DNA from: Eledone cirrhosa
Taxonomy: Eukaryota
Direction: 5' to 3'
DNA length: 64,000 bases
Assembly: GCA_964016885.1 (NCBI GenBank)
Contig: OZ024746.1
Coordinates: 62,806,001-62,870,000 of the forward strand
Every line of letters begins with the position of its first letter. The first letter of the stretch is position 1. The notes under the pieces are model-generated. The model saw only the letters and a list, made by a program, of their open reading frames with translations, was not told the DNA's origin and ran no database searches. The translations under genes were made by a program, and so were the position numbers. This document shows, one piece after another, positions 1 to 12,855 of the stretch.

Positions 1-380
1 TCTCACACACACTCTCACCCTCTCTCACTCGCTCGCTCTCCCACACTACCACCCTCTCACCCTCTCTCACTCTTTCACTATCACCCTCTCACCCTCTCTC
101 TCTCACTCTCACACTCTCACACACGCTCTTTCACCCTCTCTCTTTCCCACACTATCACCCTCTCACCCTCCCCTGCTCTCAGCCCCCTCCCCCCCACAGT
201 CGCTTGCCCACTTTTTCTGTTCTTTACAAAAACCCATGAATAAACAAGTACAAACACACACACACGCAAACACAAACACAAACACACACACACTCACTCA
301 CACACACACACACACTCACTCACACACACACACATACACATACACACGCAATTTTACACATAAATAAACACATACACACA
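1..380. repeat. (CT)n-rich then (CA)n microsatellite
   Basis: Degenerate CT/CTCA repeats 1-200 and CA repeats about 250-380. Confidence 0.9.
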
Positions 381-592
381 TGCAAAAAAAAAAAAGAAGA
401 AAAGTTTAATCATTTGTTTTATTTCCAGAGTTTCTGGATTTTTATTGTTCTATTATGGGAAATGTCTTTCTACATTGAGTACAGAATAGTTATCACGCAG
501 TCTCGGTTACACACCCTGTATTTATGTATTTATACAGATATAACTTTATCACATAATTCGGCTGCTAGCACACTTCTCACTATGTATCATAA

Positions 593-998
593 CCCTTTAG
601 CGTTTACATTACTCTACTTAGTATATTTTCATGGTTAAGGCTTTATGTCACATAATTTTCTCAAATAATATGGAATCTATGAGATTTTGATGATATGTGG
701 ATTGGCAGTATCGGTAGAGGGTCGGACGCCATGCTTTGACGCAAAGAGTTACGGCCCTTTCCATTCTGAGTTCAAATCCCGCCGAGGTTAACTTTGCCTT
801 TCATCCTTACGGGGTCGATAAAATAAAGAACCAGTAATACACTGGGTATTTGCTGGCCTTGTGCCAAAAGTAGAAACAATTATTATTCATTTTGAGAACA
901 ATACCTTAATGTCAGTATGAGTGGTCAGCTATGGCTGGTTTGAACAGAAAGAGGTGAGAGAATTCTGGCCAGATATGGCCAGTTTAAATGCTAAAGGG
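593..998 (+). mobile_element. piggyBac-type MITE (220-bp family) interrupted by a tRNA-SINE
   Basis: Ends CCCTTTAGC...GCTAAAGGG, flanks ATAA/TTAA; body matches uninterrupted copies at 16241, 60078 and 62680; SINE inserted at about 697-884. Confidence 0.85.
697..884 (+). mobile_element. tRNA-derived SINE family 1 (about 190 bp, TAA tail)
   Basis: A-box TGGCAGTATCGG, B-box GAGTTCAAATCC, central GCCTTTCATCCTTACGGGGTCGATAAAATAAAG, end GTGCCAAAAGTAGAAACAATTATT; about 30 copies in the window. Confidence 0.9.
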
Positions 999-1139
999 TT
1001 AATTAATTACCAACACAAGTGCTAATTATATATAATTAGTGTGTCTATTTCAGAATAATACTAAAAGTAAATGGGTATATACGGGTATATATATATATAC
1101 CTATACCCATTCAATCTTAGTTTCCGTGTCGTTGATTGG

Positions 1140-1204
1140 ATGATATGTACACCTTCTGATGAGGGTTCAATGAAATCTGAAAATTGATTAAATGTGTTTA
1201 TCAT
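1140..1204 (+). ncRNA. Decayed minimal type I hammerhead motif in a PLE terminal-repeat remnant
   Basis: CTGATGA (1156-1162), stem II GGGTT/AATCT, GAAA, imperfect long stem I ATGATATGTACACCTT/AATGTGTTTATCAT; downstream 1287-1350 resembles 497-570 and ends in (TA)n. Confidence 0.4.
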
Positions 1205-1390
1205 TTTTTCAATTTACAGGGAAATTTGTATTTCCTGGCATGTTTATATGTCTATGAATTAGGTATGTCTATATATTTGTGCATGGTGCAGTCTTGGTTA
1301 CACACTCTGTATTGATACAGATATAACTTTACCATACATTTTGACTGCTAGTGTATATATATATATGTATAATATATATATATACATATA

Positions 1391-1728
1391 TGGAGGCACA
1401 TGGCTTAGTGGTTAGAGCATTGGCCTTGCAATCAAAAGGTTGTGAGTTCAATTCTCAGACTGGGTGATGTGTTGTTTCCTTGAGCAAGACACTTTATTTC
1501 ACATTGCTCCAGTTTACTCAGCTGTAGAAATGAGATGATAGGGACTGGGGTCCATATCATTCCACTGCAAAGTGGTCGTGGAGGTGCCACGGCAAAAAAG
1601 CACCCAGCACTCACTGTAAATGAGGTTGGTGTTAGGAAGGGCATCCAGCTGTAGAAATCAAGCCAGAATCAGTTCCCATCCCACCCTTACAAGCAGGGAA
1701 AAGCGGACGTAAAATGAAATGAAATGAT
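1391..1728 (+). mobile_element. tRNA/CORE-type SINE family 2 with RTE-derived 3' tail
   Basis: Head TGGCTTAGTGGTTAGAGC...GAGTTCAATTC, CORE-like CCTTGAGCAAGACACTTTATTTCAC, tail GGAAGGGCATCCAGCTGTAGAAA...CGGACGTAAAATGA shared with the RTE 3' UTR at 46700-46985. Confidence 0.85.
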
Positions 1729-2225
1729 GATATACATACGCACATATATTTATATATATGTGTGTGTGCAGGGGTATATATGTTATATATATGCACATAT
1801 ATTTATATACATACACACACATATTCAGATATAATTACAAATTTCAAATATGAAATGTAAGCTGGAAAACTTCATTTGGCTGGAATTGTTCTTGCAATTT
1901 TCTCTCAACTCATTTCAGCTTTGTCATTCATGCAAACTACTAATATTACACAAATCCAGTGGAGCAGGCTTACCTCATTTCTTACTAACTACCACACATG
2001 CTCTGCATATAATGTCAATATTTTACTACCATGTAACATCACATTACTCTTTCTACACATACTACATCTTACAATCTATTCTTAACTTGGAGAGAAAAAC
2101 CATTTGTTGCCAGCAAAGCTAATTGCTTGCTGATGTTTTTCCACCCTTTTCTCTCTGGGCAATATGCCTCTGGAACCTTCTCCTTCACTGCAAAATCTAT
2201 CAACTATTTCTAAGGAGACTTTCAA

Positions 2226-3140
2226 GTATAATGTTCATTCAGGAAGATTTGAGACTTTTTCAGGAGAGACATATATTAATTTCAAAGAAGTACAAAACTC
2301 TAATCTCTTTCAAAGAAGGATTCTCTGACTTCAATGCAATTGTTGTTGTGCTCCAGCCACTTTGTGATGGTTCCATGGAACTCCTTTAAGTGAAGTTATC
2401 CAGAATCCTTTTCACAGCCTTCTTCACCCTCTTAATGTTTTCAAAACAATTGCCTCTGAGGTTCTCCTTCAGCTTTGGGAACAACCAAATGTCACAGGGA
2501 GCAAGGTCTGGACTGTAGGGAGGGTGGGGAGACAGTTTTGATATCCATCATTGTCTTTCTTTCTGTTTGTCACGGAACACCCTGAGAACAAACTTTGCAA
2601 ACATTTTGTGCATGTTCAGATCTTCATAAATAACTCTATGTACAGTTGCCACACCGACTCCAAAGTGTGTTATTATTGTCTTTAAAGACACACAACAGTC
2701 TTCATCTAGAAAATTGGGAATTTTCTCAACCAGCATTGTTGTTTTAACATCCTTCTCCCTCCTACACCTCTCTCTCATTGTTTCTCATTGCTTCTCTACT
2801 ATGCTTAACTCATACAAGTTAATCCATACGCAGTCTAGAGCATTTCATAAGTTTCTGTAGCATTTTTGCCCAGTTTAACACAAAACCTTATTGCATAGCA
2901 AGCTTCCAAACTGTCTTCACGTTTTGACTGCATTCTGTAAACTAGTCAGTTATGACAAGCAGTGTTTAGAAAGGTATGTTCAAATTACTATTACAGCTGT
3001 CTCTCTCATTCTAAAATAACAAAAGTTGGCAGGTCAGTTTATTAGATATATAGTAAATGTTATATCAAAATTGCAATCATCTAGGACAGTTACAACTGCC
3101 TTTCCTAAAAAAGGTCTCAAAACTTCTGGAATGTACCTTT
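2226..3140 (-). mobile_element. Internally deleted mariner transposon (pseudogene)
   Basis: Minus strand gives HTH-region VGVATVHRVIYEDLNMHKMFAKFVLRVF and PYSPDLAPCDIWLFPKLKENLRG; imperfect TIRs at about 2228-2260 and 3107-3140. Confidence 0.8.
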
Positions 3141-3564
3141 CTGCTAAATATTTCTGTGCATCTTATACTCACAAAGGTCTTTCCTATCAGCCTACCAGTG
3201 AATTTATTGTGCACCCATAATTTATGTTAGGTAACTGTAAACCATTCCACTTACTCCTTTGTAGCATATCGAGCATGACCACTTCCATGATGGCTGCAGA
3301 ATTCTGTCTTATTTCCTGCTAAAACTGTTGTCTTTGTTAGATTTACTTTAAGACATCTAATTTTTTGACAGATTCGGTGCACTCAGTAGAGCGTGAAACT
3401 GTACATAAACATGGTGAAAATGCTTGGCCAGTCTGGGAGGTCAGTAGCTTCACTTGAGGACTGACTTGGTCTCCAAAGACCCGTCCAGTCCTTGTTAACA
3501 AGGAAAACGAATGTTAAACGATGATGATGACGATGATGATGATGATGATGATAATGATCTAAGA

Positions 3565-4392
3565 CAGAGGTTCTCAAACTTTTGGGGCCATGTAATACCT
3601 TCAGCACCTCTCAACCCTATTTCCAGAGAGACCTGCCTACACACAAATTGTAATAATTGTTTTTACTTTTTGGCACAAGGCCAGCAATTATCCCAGTGTA
3701 TTACTGGTACTTTATTTTATCGACCCTGTAAGGATGAAAGGCAAAGTTAACCTCGGCAGGATTTGAACTCAGTCCGTAAAGGGATGTAACTGTGCTGCAA
3801 AGCATGGCGTCCGACCCTCTACCGGTACTGCCAATCCACACAAATTGTAATAATATATAATAAATAATTGTTTCTACTTTTGGCACAAGGCCAGCAATTA
3901 CCCAGTGCATTACTGGTACTTTATTTTATCGACCCCGTAAGGATGAAAGGCAAAGTTAACCTCAGCATGATTTGAACTCTGAATGGCAAGGGCCGTAACA
4001 CTATGCTGCAAAGCATGGCGTCCGACCCTCTACTGACACTGCCAATCCACCATTAATTCATATATAATAAATAATTATTTCTACTTTAGGCACAAGGCCA
4101 GCAAATACCCAGTGCATTACTGGTACTTTATTTTATCGACCCCGTAAGGATGAAAGGCAAAGTCAACCTCGGCGGGATTTGAACTCAGATCGTAAAGGGA
4201 CGTAACTATGCTGGAAAGCATGGCATCCGACCCTCTACTGACACTGCCAATCCACAAATAATGTAATATATACTATGCATAAATAAATATTATATATTTT
4301 TTATTTTACTATATTCATATATAATATGTATCATTTGATATTTAATATACTATTATATCATTTCTACCGCTCCCACTAACCTAGATCCTTTG
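3565..4392 (+). mobile_element. hAT-type MITE with nested SINEs
   Basis: Starts CAGAGGTTCTCAAAC; 8-bp TSD ATCTAAGA at 3557-3564 and 4393-4400; right TIR degenerate. Confidence 0.6.
3654..4254 (-). mobile_element. Three tandem SINE family 1 copies
   Basis: Copies at about 3654-3838 (TSD ACACAAATTGTAATAAT), 3866-4052 and 4075-4254. Confidence 0.9.
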
Positions 4393-4906
4393 ATCTAAGA
4401 GAACAAGGTCATTGACATGCAAAAGTTGTCATGCACAGCTGACTTTAAATTCTGTTATGACATAAAGAACTATACTAAACAGAAGGGGGCTATAACTAAT
4501 TCCTATTAGACATGACAATTCCCTAATGAACTCATAGGCAGTATCACCATTTATATAAGGCTTGCTTCTTTCCGGTCATTTATTTGAATCTATTTGTCTT
4601 AGAAACCACCAGAATAGCTGTCATTTTCCAAAGGGGCCAGCTACTGAATCTCACACCCATGACATTGAACTTGTCATTCTCTCGCCTCACACCCCCACCC
4701 TTTAAACCTTTGTCAATTAGCCATGTTATACCTATTATCCTCCATATCTCTCCCTCATCCTACACCTCCCCATAGGGTGAAGAGGGATCTTCAACTCTGT
4801 CTATGACCAACAATCTCCCAATTGCTAGTATCACAATAGAACACACCCAACACATGTACATATTGTATTGGGTCACATGTTCCCAGTAGCACTGAAGAGT
4901 GACCTG

Positions 4907-5470
4907 ACATACATACATACATACATACATGCATACACAGACACAGGCACCCATACACACACACACATACATACATACACAGATACACACAAACATACAC
5001 ACACACATACATACATACACAGACACCCATACACACATACATACACACATACACACATACACACATACACACATACACGCATACACACATACATACACAC
5101 ACATACACACATACACACATACACACATACACACACATACACACATACATACACACACACATACACAGACACAGACACCCATACACACATACATACATAC
5201 ACACATACACACATACACACATACATACATACATACATACACACATACATACATACACACATACACACATACATACATACACACACATACACACATACAC
5301 ACAAACATACACACACACATACACACATACATACACACATACATACACACACACATACACACATACATACATACACACATACACACATACACACATACAT
5401 ACATACACACATACATACACACATACATACACGCATACACACATACATACATACATACATACATACATAC

Positions 5471-5501
<31 letters not shown>

Positions 5502-5559
5502 CACACATACATACATACATACATACATACATACATACATACATACATACATACATACA
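4907..5559. repeat. (CATA)n/(CA)n compound microsatellite
   Basis: Direct reading; source of the YVCM/HTYI pseudo-ORFs. Confidence 0.95.
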
Positions 5560-6007
5560 TAAAAACTGCCACCAAATTAAAGCACAACCGGCCTGATATT
5601 GTAGTTTGGGACCACACATTGAAAACGTGTTCTGTTGTGGAGATCAGCTGCCCACTTGATGTAAACGTTGTCAGAAAAATACAGGAGAAGGAGGACATCT
5701 ACGGACCATTGATGAGGAGCTTACAAATCCAGTATCCAAGATACACCTTTAGCTTCATACCCATCATTATTGGTGCTACGGGTTATATACCAACCCGCTT
5801 GGACCAAAGTATGACCGAACTTGGATTTGCGGACAAAAAGCGCAGCTCCCTAATTCATAGTCTACAAATGGCTGCGATAGCTGGCACCTTCAAAATATGC
5901 AAAACATTCTTGCGATTCAAGGGATGACAATTTCTTTTCTTTTACAACCTTGCCACCAGGAAGGTGGCCGGTCAAAAAAATATACTCGAAATTAAGAGAA
6001 AGAGAAA
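5560..6007 (+). mobile_element. 3' end of a restriction-like-endonuclease (R4/Dong-like) LINE
   Basis: Open frame 5560-5927: HNRPDIVVWD..VVEISCP..QEKEDIY..IPIIIGATG..LQMAAIAGT (PD..D/ExK-type RLE C-terminus), short 3' UTR, (CATA)n on both sides. Confidence 0.85.
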
Positions 6008-6220
6008 ACATACATACATACATACATACATGTCTAAATATGTGTTTATATTTAGGTGAAATTCATTAAAAACCAGTAAAGAATATTTTCTTGCTTGTGT
6101 CAACAAGTTTGATGTTCAATTTTGTTTTGCATGTCTGTTGGGAAATGAGAAATATTATCTCTACAACATATTCCATCATTTTCAAGACTGCATAATTATT
6201 TCCTCGAATGTTATTCAATA

Positions 6221-6370
6221 CTAGCAGAATGGCCCGGCGTTGCTCGGGATTTGCTCTAGGGTTCTTATATATTTGATATATATTTATCCTTATTGAACCT
6301 CGTGAAATAAATACGTTTGTTTATATTTTGTTATTGTGTATGCAAAAATATCTGTACACGAATATATAAT

Positions 6371-6401
<31 letters not shown>

Positions 6402-7210
6402 GTTTATATTAAAATAACTGATTAAAGTTTAAGCAAAGAATCGTTGCTTTCACCCTTAACGGGATCTTTTGAAACTAAAAAAAAAAATCAATCTGTGAAC
6501 GCAGCAGTAAATATTTCGAAAAAAAGTTACACACTATATATATATATATATATGTGTAAATATCTTTAAGTCGTTTGGAAGCCTCGACAATGCAAATGGG
6601 TAAATCTCCGGGTAACAAGATCCGGTGGTGGAGAGAGAGATGTAAGTGGGTGTACGTTGAGATGTGTGGCGTGTAGAAGACTGTAGCATGTAGAGGAATG
6701 AAGGAAAGAGTATAAAGGATAAAATAAAAATAACAACACGAGAGAGAGTTACCTTGGGAGAGATTTAATTGTCCCTATATATTTCGGATTCACATCCATC
6801 AACTGGGGGTTTTTTCCGGGGTGGGGGAAAGGTTGTCTGTCAGAAAGTGCGAAACGCGTCCTCCGCTGTTTGTTGTTTTGAATATATATATATACACACA
6901 CTATATATACATGTATACACACACACACACACAGCGTCATAATGTCGTAATGCAGACAGCCAGGCATACAGACAGATATTATAAGGGTGCAACGTTATAT
7001 CTATATATCTATATAAAAAGAAAGACTAAGAATTATAGAGAGAGATCGCTAAATCACCTAATGCGGTCCCTAGGGCATTGAAAATTTGAAATATTTTTTG
7101 CTCAAAACAAAGTATTACATGTGTAAAGTTTGAAAAAAGTCGGTTGGGTGGTTCTCGAGTTTTAGGGAGTCAGACAGACAGACAGACATTCTCTGTTTTA
7201 GATATATAGA
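6221..7210 (-). mobile_element. Non-autonomous Helitron with nested PLE fragments
   Basis: Minus strand A|TCTATATATC..(CTGT)n at the 5' end; 3' hairpin CCCGAGCAACGCCGGG followed by CTAG|T; internal 6251-6300 and 6407-6530 match the 26702-26900 terminal repeat, 6560-6885 matches 28695-29035. Confidence 0.75.
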
Positions 7211-7589
7211 TAACATTTAATGAAGGAAGGCACTCCATTGGTTACGACGACGAGTGTTCCAGTTGATCTGATCAATGGAATAGCCTGTTTGTGAAATTTA
7301 TTTACAAGTGGCTGAGCATTCCATAAACACACATAAGACCATATGTAAACATGTGTTGATGATAGTGAAATACATTTATTGCTCTTACCCCAAGGCTGAA
7401 GAATATGTGACATGTTTACTGTTAAAATACTCACAGTAAGACTAAATGTATGTTTATCATCATCAAAGTCATCACCATTTTATGTCTATTTTCAATGCTT
7501 ATGTAGGTTAGATGTTATGAAGCTAGACAGGTTAGGTGAGCCCCATGTCTTACTCATATGTTTCATTTCTATGGCTGGATGTACTTCCT

Positions 7590-7980
7590 AATATCAACCA
7601 CTTCACAGTGGGTACTGGGTGCATTTTATCATGGTACCACCTCTACCAAATGACAAGGCTGATTGAGTGCTTTTAATTGCAGTCTGAACACTAACACTTT
7701 ACAGAGTGACTGAATGCAGTTTATTGTGCCACCATCACTACAACTTTACAGAGTGAGCTGGGTGCATTTTATTATGGCACCACCACTACCACTGCCATTT
7801 TACGGAGTGGCTGGATGCATTTTATCATGGTACCAGCATTACCATCTGGCAGGGTGGACTGTGTATTTTTAATCATGGAACCAGCACTACTACTTTACAG
7901 AGTAGGCTGGGTTCATTTTACCATGGCACCAGCACTATCACCTTACAGAGTGGGTTGAGTGTTTTTTATCATGGCACCAT
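7590..7980. repeat. Degenerate ~40-bp tandem array inside an RTE/SINE tail
   Basis: About nine units resembling ACTTTACAGAGTGGACTGGGTGCATTTTATCATGGCACCAGCACT; similar shorter array at 14525-14700. Confidence 0.7.
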
Positions 7981-8149
7981 CATCATACATTAATATATGT
8001 GTTCATATATGTCTTTATTCTGAATCTCACTGCGTTACTGCTCTTGTTAAATAAGAACTGCAGCTTAAACAACCCCGGCATTTGCATAGGGTTTTAATAA
8101 AGGAGAAAATGGAAAGTCCCAAAAATTCAGTTGTCAGAATAGGAGACCA

Positions 8150-8300
8150 TCAAAAGACTTTAATTATAGGAGAAATATTTAAGTCAGGAATGGCTGAACA
8201 TATATGACATGGAAAAGGAAATCATATACTTTGATAGAATGTAATTTCTATAATTGATAGAGAACCATGATGGGAGATTAGAAAAATCAAAGGAGCAATA
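8150..8300 (+). pseudogene. Decayed PLE GIY-YIG endonuclease C-terminal half
   Basis: RIGDHQKTLIIGEIFKSGMAEHI*..IIDREP*WEIRKIKGA; related piece at about 62180-62330. Confidence 0.45.
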
Positions 8301-10200
8301 CAAATAGCACTTACTGAAAACCTAATCAGTAAATCTAGTGATGACATCAGTTCAATGTAGTTAGTTACCTTTAAGGAAAATTGATTTAAATATCCTAAAT
8401 ATATAACATAAATTGTACATGTGCCAGTAGCCTTTTGGATAAAAACATTGCTTACAGTAAATTAGAAATAAAGGTTCCTATTTCAAGTACTTTATATATA
8501 TATATTGAAGTATAAGATATTTGAGATGAAACCAATCAAAATGTAGCAGAGATTTAAAAATATTTTTTAAATGTTACATGCGGTCCGAGAATCGAACAAG
8601 ACACTTTATTTCACGTTGCTCCCGTTTACTCAGCTGTAGAAATGAGTTGTGATCTTGCCAAATCAATGGGTGGCAGTAGTTCCAGCTGCATGCATCGAAA
8701 GACTGATGTAGTGGTTCTGAGAACAATGCGGATCAATGCAAATTGACAATGGAAAGGCACTCCCGCTCAAGTTAGAAGAGAACTATTGAGCTTCAAGAGA
8801 ATCAGCAATCCCTGATTGTATTCAGCAACTGAAACAGATATGAAGTACACCAAATCCAATGCTCCTAGGGGCGGTCCTGGTTCTTCTTATTTGCAAGTGT
8901 ATACTCGGCCAGATTAGAGATTAGATTTTTTAAATGTTTTATCTCTGAAGATGTGGTTAATTATCAAAAATAATTATTACCATATTAGTAATAACTTATC
9001 TCAGAAATTTACATATGTGCATGTTGTATATAGGCAGCAAATTGACAGACATTAGAATGTCAGACAGAATGCTCTGTAGCATTTATTTTGGCTTTCTGCT
9101 CTCTGAGTTTAAATCTCACGAGGTCAACTTTGCCTTTCATCCATTAATGGTCAATAAAAAAAGTACCAGTTAAGTACTAGGTTGATTCTTCCTCTATATC
9201 CCTTTTCCATTTTCTTTCTCTCACTCTCTCTATCTTTCTCTGGAAGAAATCTGCTGTATTCAGGCTTGGAGAAGAGATGGTCTTTGCCAGGTTTTAAAAA
9301 TGCGCTAGAAATGTTGTATGTCAATATGCCCCCCCCCCCCCCCCCCTACAACTCCTCAAGAGTTACGGGTCCATACCATACCTGTTATATATTGAGGTGG
9401 ATTATATCAATAAACTCTATTTCTTTCCCTTAAAGAAAGGGGTGGTAGTGGTGGTGGTGGTCTAGGGCTTTATTGCTATGACCAAATAAATCCCTATCAC
9501 TTCTCTTGCAGTTGATATTGATTTCATTGGCGAGGAAATAAAGTGAACATTTCAATGACTAAATTATATTTCAATGACGGAGTTGTTACAGGTTCTTCAA
9601 ACAGTAGCCCTTCCACAAACCTCATATCCCCTAATTGTTGGAAATTATATGTTCTAAATCCTGAACCTTTGAACAACTTGTCCCACTAGGAAAATATTAT
9701 TGGAAATTAAAAAGCAATAATAATGATATCATTTGGCTAAAATTAAAATATTGGTTTATATGACCAAAACGACAAGTTTATAATTATAGATCCATATTTC
9801 AGCAAGACAACTTTAACCTATCAACCCTTATCAAGATCAATAAAATAATTATTAATAATAGGCTGTAGTATGTGGTCAAAAATTAAGACCACACTTGACA
9901 TATTTAGTTTGTGGATTGCTATCCAAGTATTTGATTTGTTAATCTCATAGTGCAGGTCAAATTGATCTCAGTTAACCAGAAAAACCCATTAGCATCAACA
10001 GTATTGATTTTCACACAGGAAAAATAAAATAAAACCCCTTTAAGTGAAGAAAGACAGTGAGAAATGTGACATCTATGCTTTCTTGAAGATATTAACTCTT
10101 TCATGACTATATTCCTAATGGGTAGATTTGATGTTTAAATGTATTTTTTTTTATTTAATCAAGATTATATATATATGTGTGTGTATGTATATATATATAT

Positions 10201-10272
<72 letters not shown>

Positions 10273-10279
<7 letters not shown>

Positions 10280-10456
10280 ACATAGAAATGGCTTCTACAG
10301 GACAAGAGCTGTTTCATTCAAAGGAAATCATTGATGATTTCTTTTGAATGAAACGGTTCTAGTCCTGTAGAAGTCATTTCTATATTAAATATTTATACTC
10401 TGCTATGTATTGAGTACCTTACCTACTGTGGTTACCCCCGATTGAACCTAGGGTAC
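10273..10456 (+). mobile_element. Fold-back PLE terminal-repeat remnant with 3' half of a hammerhead
   Basis: About 59-bp inverted arms centred at 10332-10333 inside TTGATGA; then TTTC-TTTT-GAAT, GAAAC...GTC; unpaired tail to 10456; flanked by (TA)n and (CA)n. Confidence 0.65.
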
Positions 10457-10585
10457 ACACACACACACATAGACACACACACACATAGACACACACATAT
10501 ATATATATATGTATAAATATAATATGTATACACAAATATAATATATATACATATATATATGTATTCACACATATAATATACACAC

Positions 10586-10622
<37 letters not shown>

Positions 10623-11021
10623 GTGTATGTATTTCACACATCAATGGATTTTTCTCTGATTCTTGTAATTCTCATGGCTTCGGATTCCTATCTTGGATTA
10701 TATTGGATACTTTCTTGTTGGCTTGAAACATCCCAATTCACCCCAATCTTACTTACTTTCTAGACTCTTTCTCCTCTACTGCCTCTCTTCCAACTCCCTC
10801 ATTATCTCTATTCTCAAATTATTCTTCCATGACCTACATACCTACCTTAAATATTTCCTCATCCTCTTCCCTCCAGATTTTGTAGCCCTTCTGAAAAAAG
10901 AAAAAAGGCCCTTTTCTTCCTTCCCTTACTTTTGGTCATTTTTAAAATGGTGTGATCTGTATTCTTTACATACTTTCTCACACTATGCTTACTTGTTTTT
11001 CTATTCCTTTCCTTCTTTCTA

Positions 11022-11059
11022 TCTTTCCAAAGAAGAGTTTATGCTTGAAACATCAAAGA
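11022..11059 (+). ncRNA. Decayed minimal hammerhead without helix III
   Basis: TCTTT-CCAAAGA-A-GAGTTTATGCTT-GAAAC-ATC-AAAGA; two CpG-type changes from CCGAAGA and GAAACGTC; follows a CT-rich UTR-like tract. Confidence 0.45.
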
Positions 11060-11166
11060 CTTTTATTTCTATTTCCAGAGCAGAAATGTATTAACTGTGC
11101 TTGTTTTTACCTTGTCTTTTCTGTTGTTGCTTTTCTTGTGATTAATTTTTTGCACACACACATATG

Positions 11167-11198
<32 letters not shown>

Positions 11199-11753
11199 TG
11201 TATGTATGTATGTATGTATGTATGTATGTATGTATGTATGTATATAGGTATGTATGTATATATATATATATAGGTATATATAGGTATGTATGTATATATA
11301 TATATGTATAAATTCTCAAGCTTGGTTTCTTTTCACACACACACACACACATTAGCAGTTTCATTTCACTAGACATAAATAAACAAGTGAAACTCTTCAG
11401 CAGTGATAGGAATAATCTATTCCTAAAACATCTAAAGAATTAGATGTGTTTGGTTATGTCGAATGAAACCTGTGGTAATGCACAGAGAAGTCAAACTGTT
11501 TATACATATATTCAACTTCCACATTATAGAATATTAATTACTCTTTCCAATCATTTATACAAATTCCTGACTGCCCTTTTCCCCGTCTCCCTTTCTTTCG
11601 CTGCTTGATCCTGCTTTCTTTTTCCATTTCTGTTCGCTTTACTAATGTGTTTTGTTTTTATTAGATACTGCTCAATTATTTCTATATAATGATAATGGTC
11701 TTTCATAACATGGTGAAATTTTGTATATTGAATAAATTAATCTATTGCTATAT

Positions 11754-11789
<36 letters not shown>

Positions 11790-11918
11790 GATTAACGTCC
11801 ATCTTCAGCGCTAGCATGGGTCAGACGGGTCCTATTTTGAAGCAAGTTGTGTTGGGTGACCGTGTCTTGCTCATATAGGTTTCTGGCTGGTTTTCTATGG
11901 CTGGATGCCCTTCCTAAC

Positions 11919-11970
<52 letters not shown>

Positions 11971-11974
11971 TATG

Positions 11975-12318
11975 TATATATTAAGAAAATAAGAAAAATG
12001 ATGAAGTTTTGTTTACATGTATTTTATTGTGCATCAACCTGTTATGTGCATTTCACAGACGATTGACTCAAGGTCACCCTATATTTTTTGTTGGATTGCT
12101 ATTCTGAAGAGTAGATCAATATTGGAGTCAGGTCCTTAATTTCTATGGGTGACCCTGAACCAATCCTATGTGAAAGGCGTGTAACAGGTCGGTACACAAT
12201 AAAAAAACTAAATACATTTAAATGAAACTTCATTTTTTTTCTTAATATATGCACTCTGCTTGTGCATTGAGTGCTCATACTGGTACCACCACCTGTAATT
12301 CACTGAATCACATACACT
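11975..12318 (+). mobile_element. Old fold-back PLE terminal-repeat remnant
   Basis: Diverged inverted arms about 11975-12080 and 12147-12250 (e.g. AGGTCACCC/GGGTGACCC), tail with TGAGTGCTC, (TA)n both sides. Confidence 0.55.
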
Positions 12319-12493
12319 ATATATATATATATAAATGAGGTTGGCATTAGGAAAGGCATCCAGCTGTAGAAACCAAGCTAAAATCAATTCTGTATGAGCA
12401 AGACATGGCCACCTGATCTAGCATTGCCCACAAGACAACTTGTCTAATCCATGCGAGCATGGAAAAATGGACATAAAACAATGATGATGATGA

Positions 12494-12550
<57 letters not shown>

Positions 12551-12654
12551 TTTTTATCAGACTTCTTTTCTTTTTGTTTTCTTTAAAGGAGTTGGTCTTC
12601 AAATATATATCATCCCATATTTAATAAGATGAAAAAGAAATCCATCTATATGGT

Positions 12655-12855
12655 TATTATTGCTGTTTAGCTAGAGGTCAGCCTGACTAGGCAGACTTAT
12701 GATCAAAGTCATCATTTCAGCCATGAGTATAGTGTTGTTAATCTAAGTTTCACACATGTTTTTCTTTATTTTTATGCAGGTATGTTGTTAATTGAAAAAG
12801 ATTTGGTTACTCTTTCTAGTATGTCAAATGCTCACTTAGAGGCTACCTCATCAAG
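12655..12855 (+). repeat. Dispersed unclassified repeat
   Basis: GCAGACCTATGATCAAAG...GATTTGGTTGCTATTTCTAG shared with about 15545-15750 and 45240-45430. Confidence 0.55.

Noticed and set aside
1391-1465. tRNA gene
   Set aside because: A and B boxes continue into the SINE body in multiple copies; no complete cloverleaf
4760-5698. Long ORFs on both strands (YVCM/HTYI repeats)
   Set aside because: Translations of (CATA/CA)n; only 5560-5927 is real coding remnant
12758-12785. Polypyrimidine-CAG|GTATGT recursive-splice-like site
   Set aside because: Lies inside a dispersed repeat whose other copies lack it; no host gene evidence
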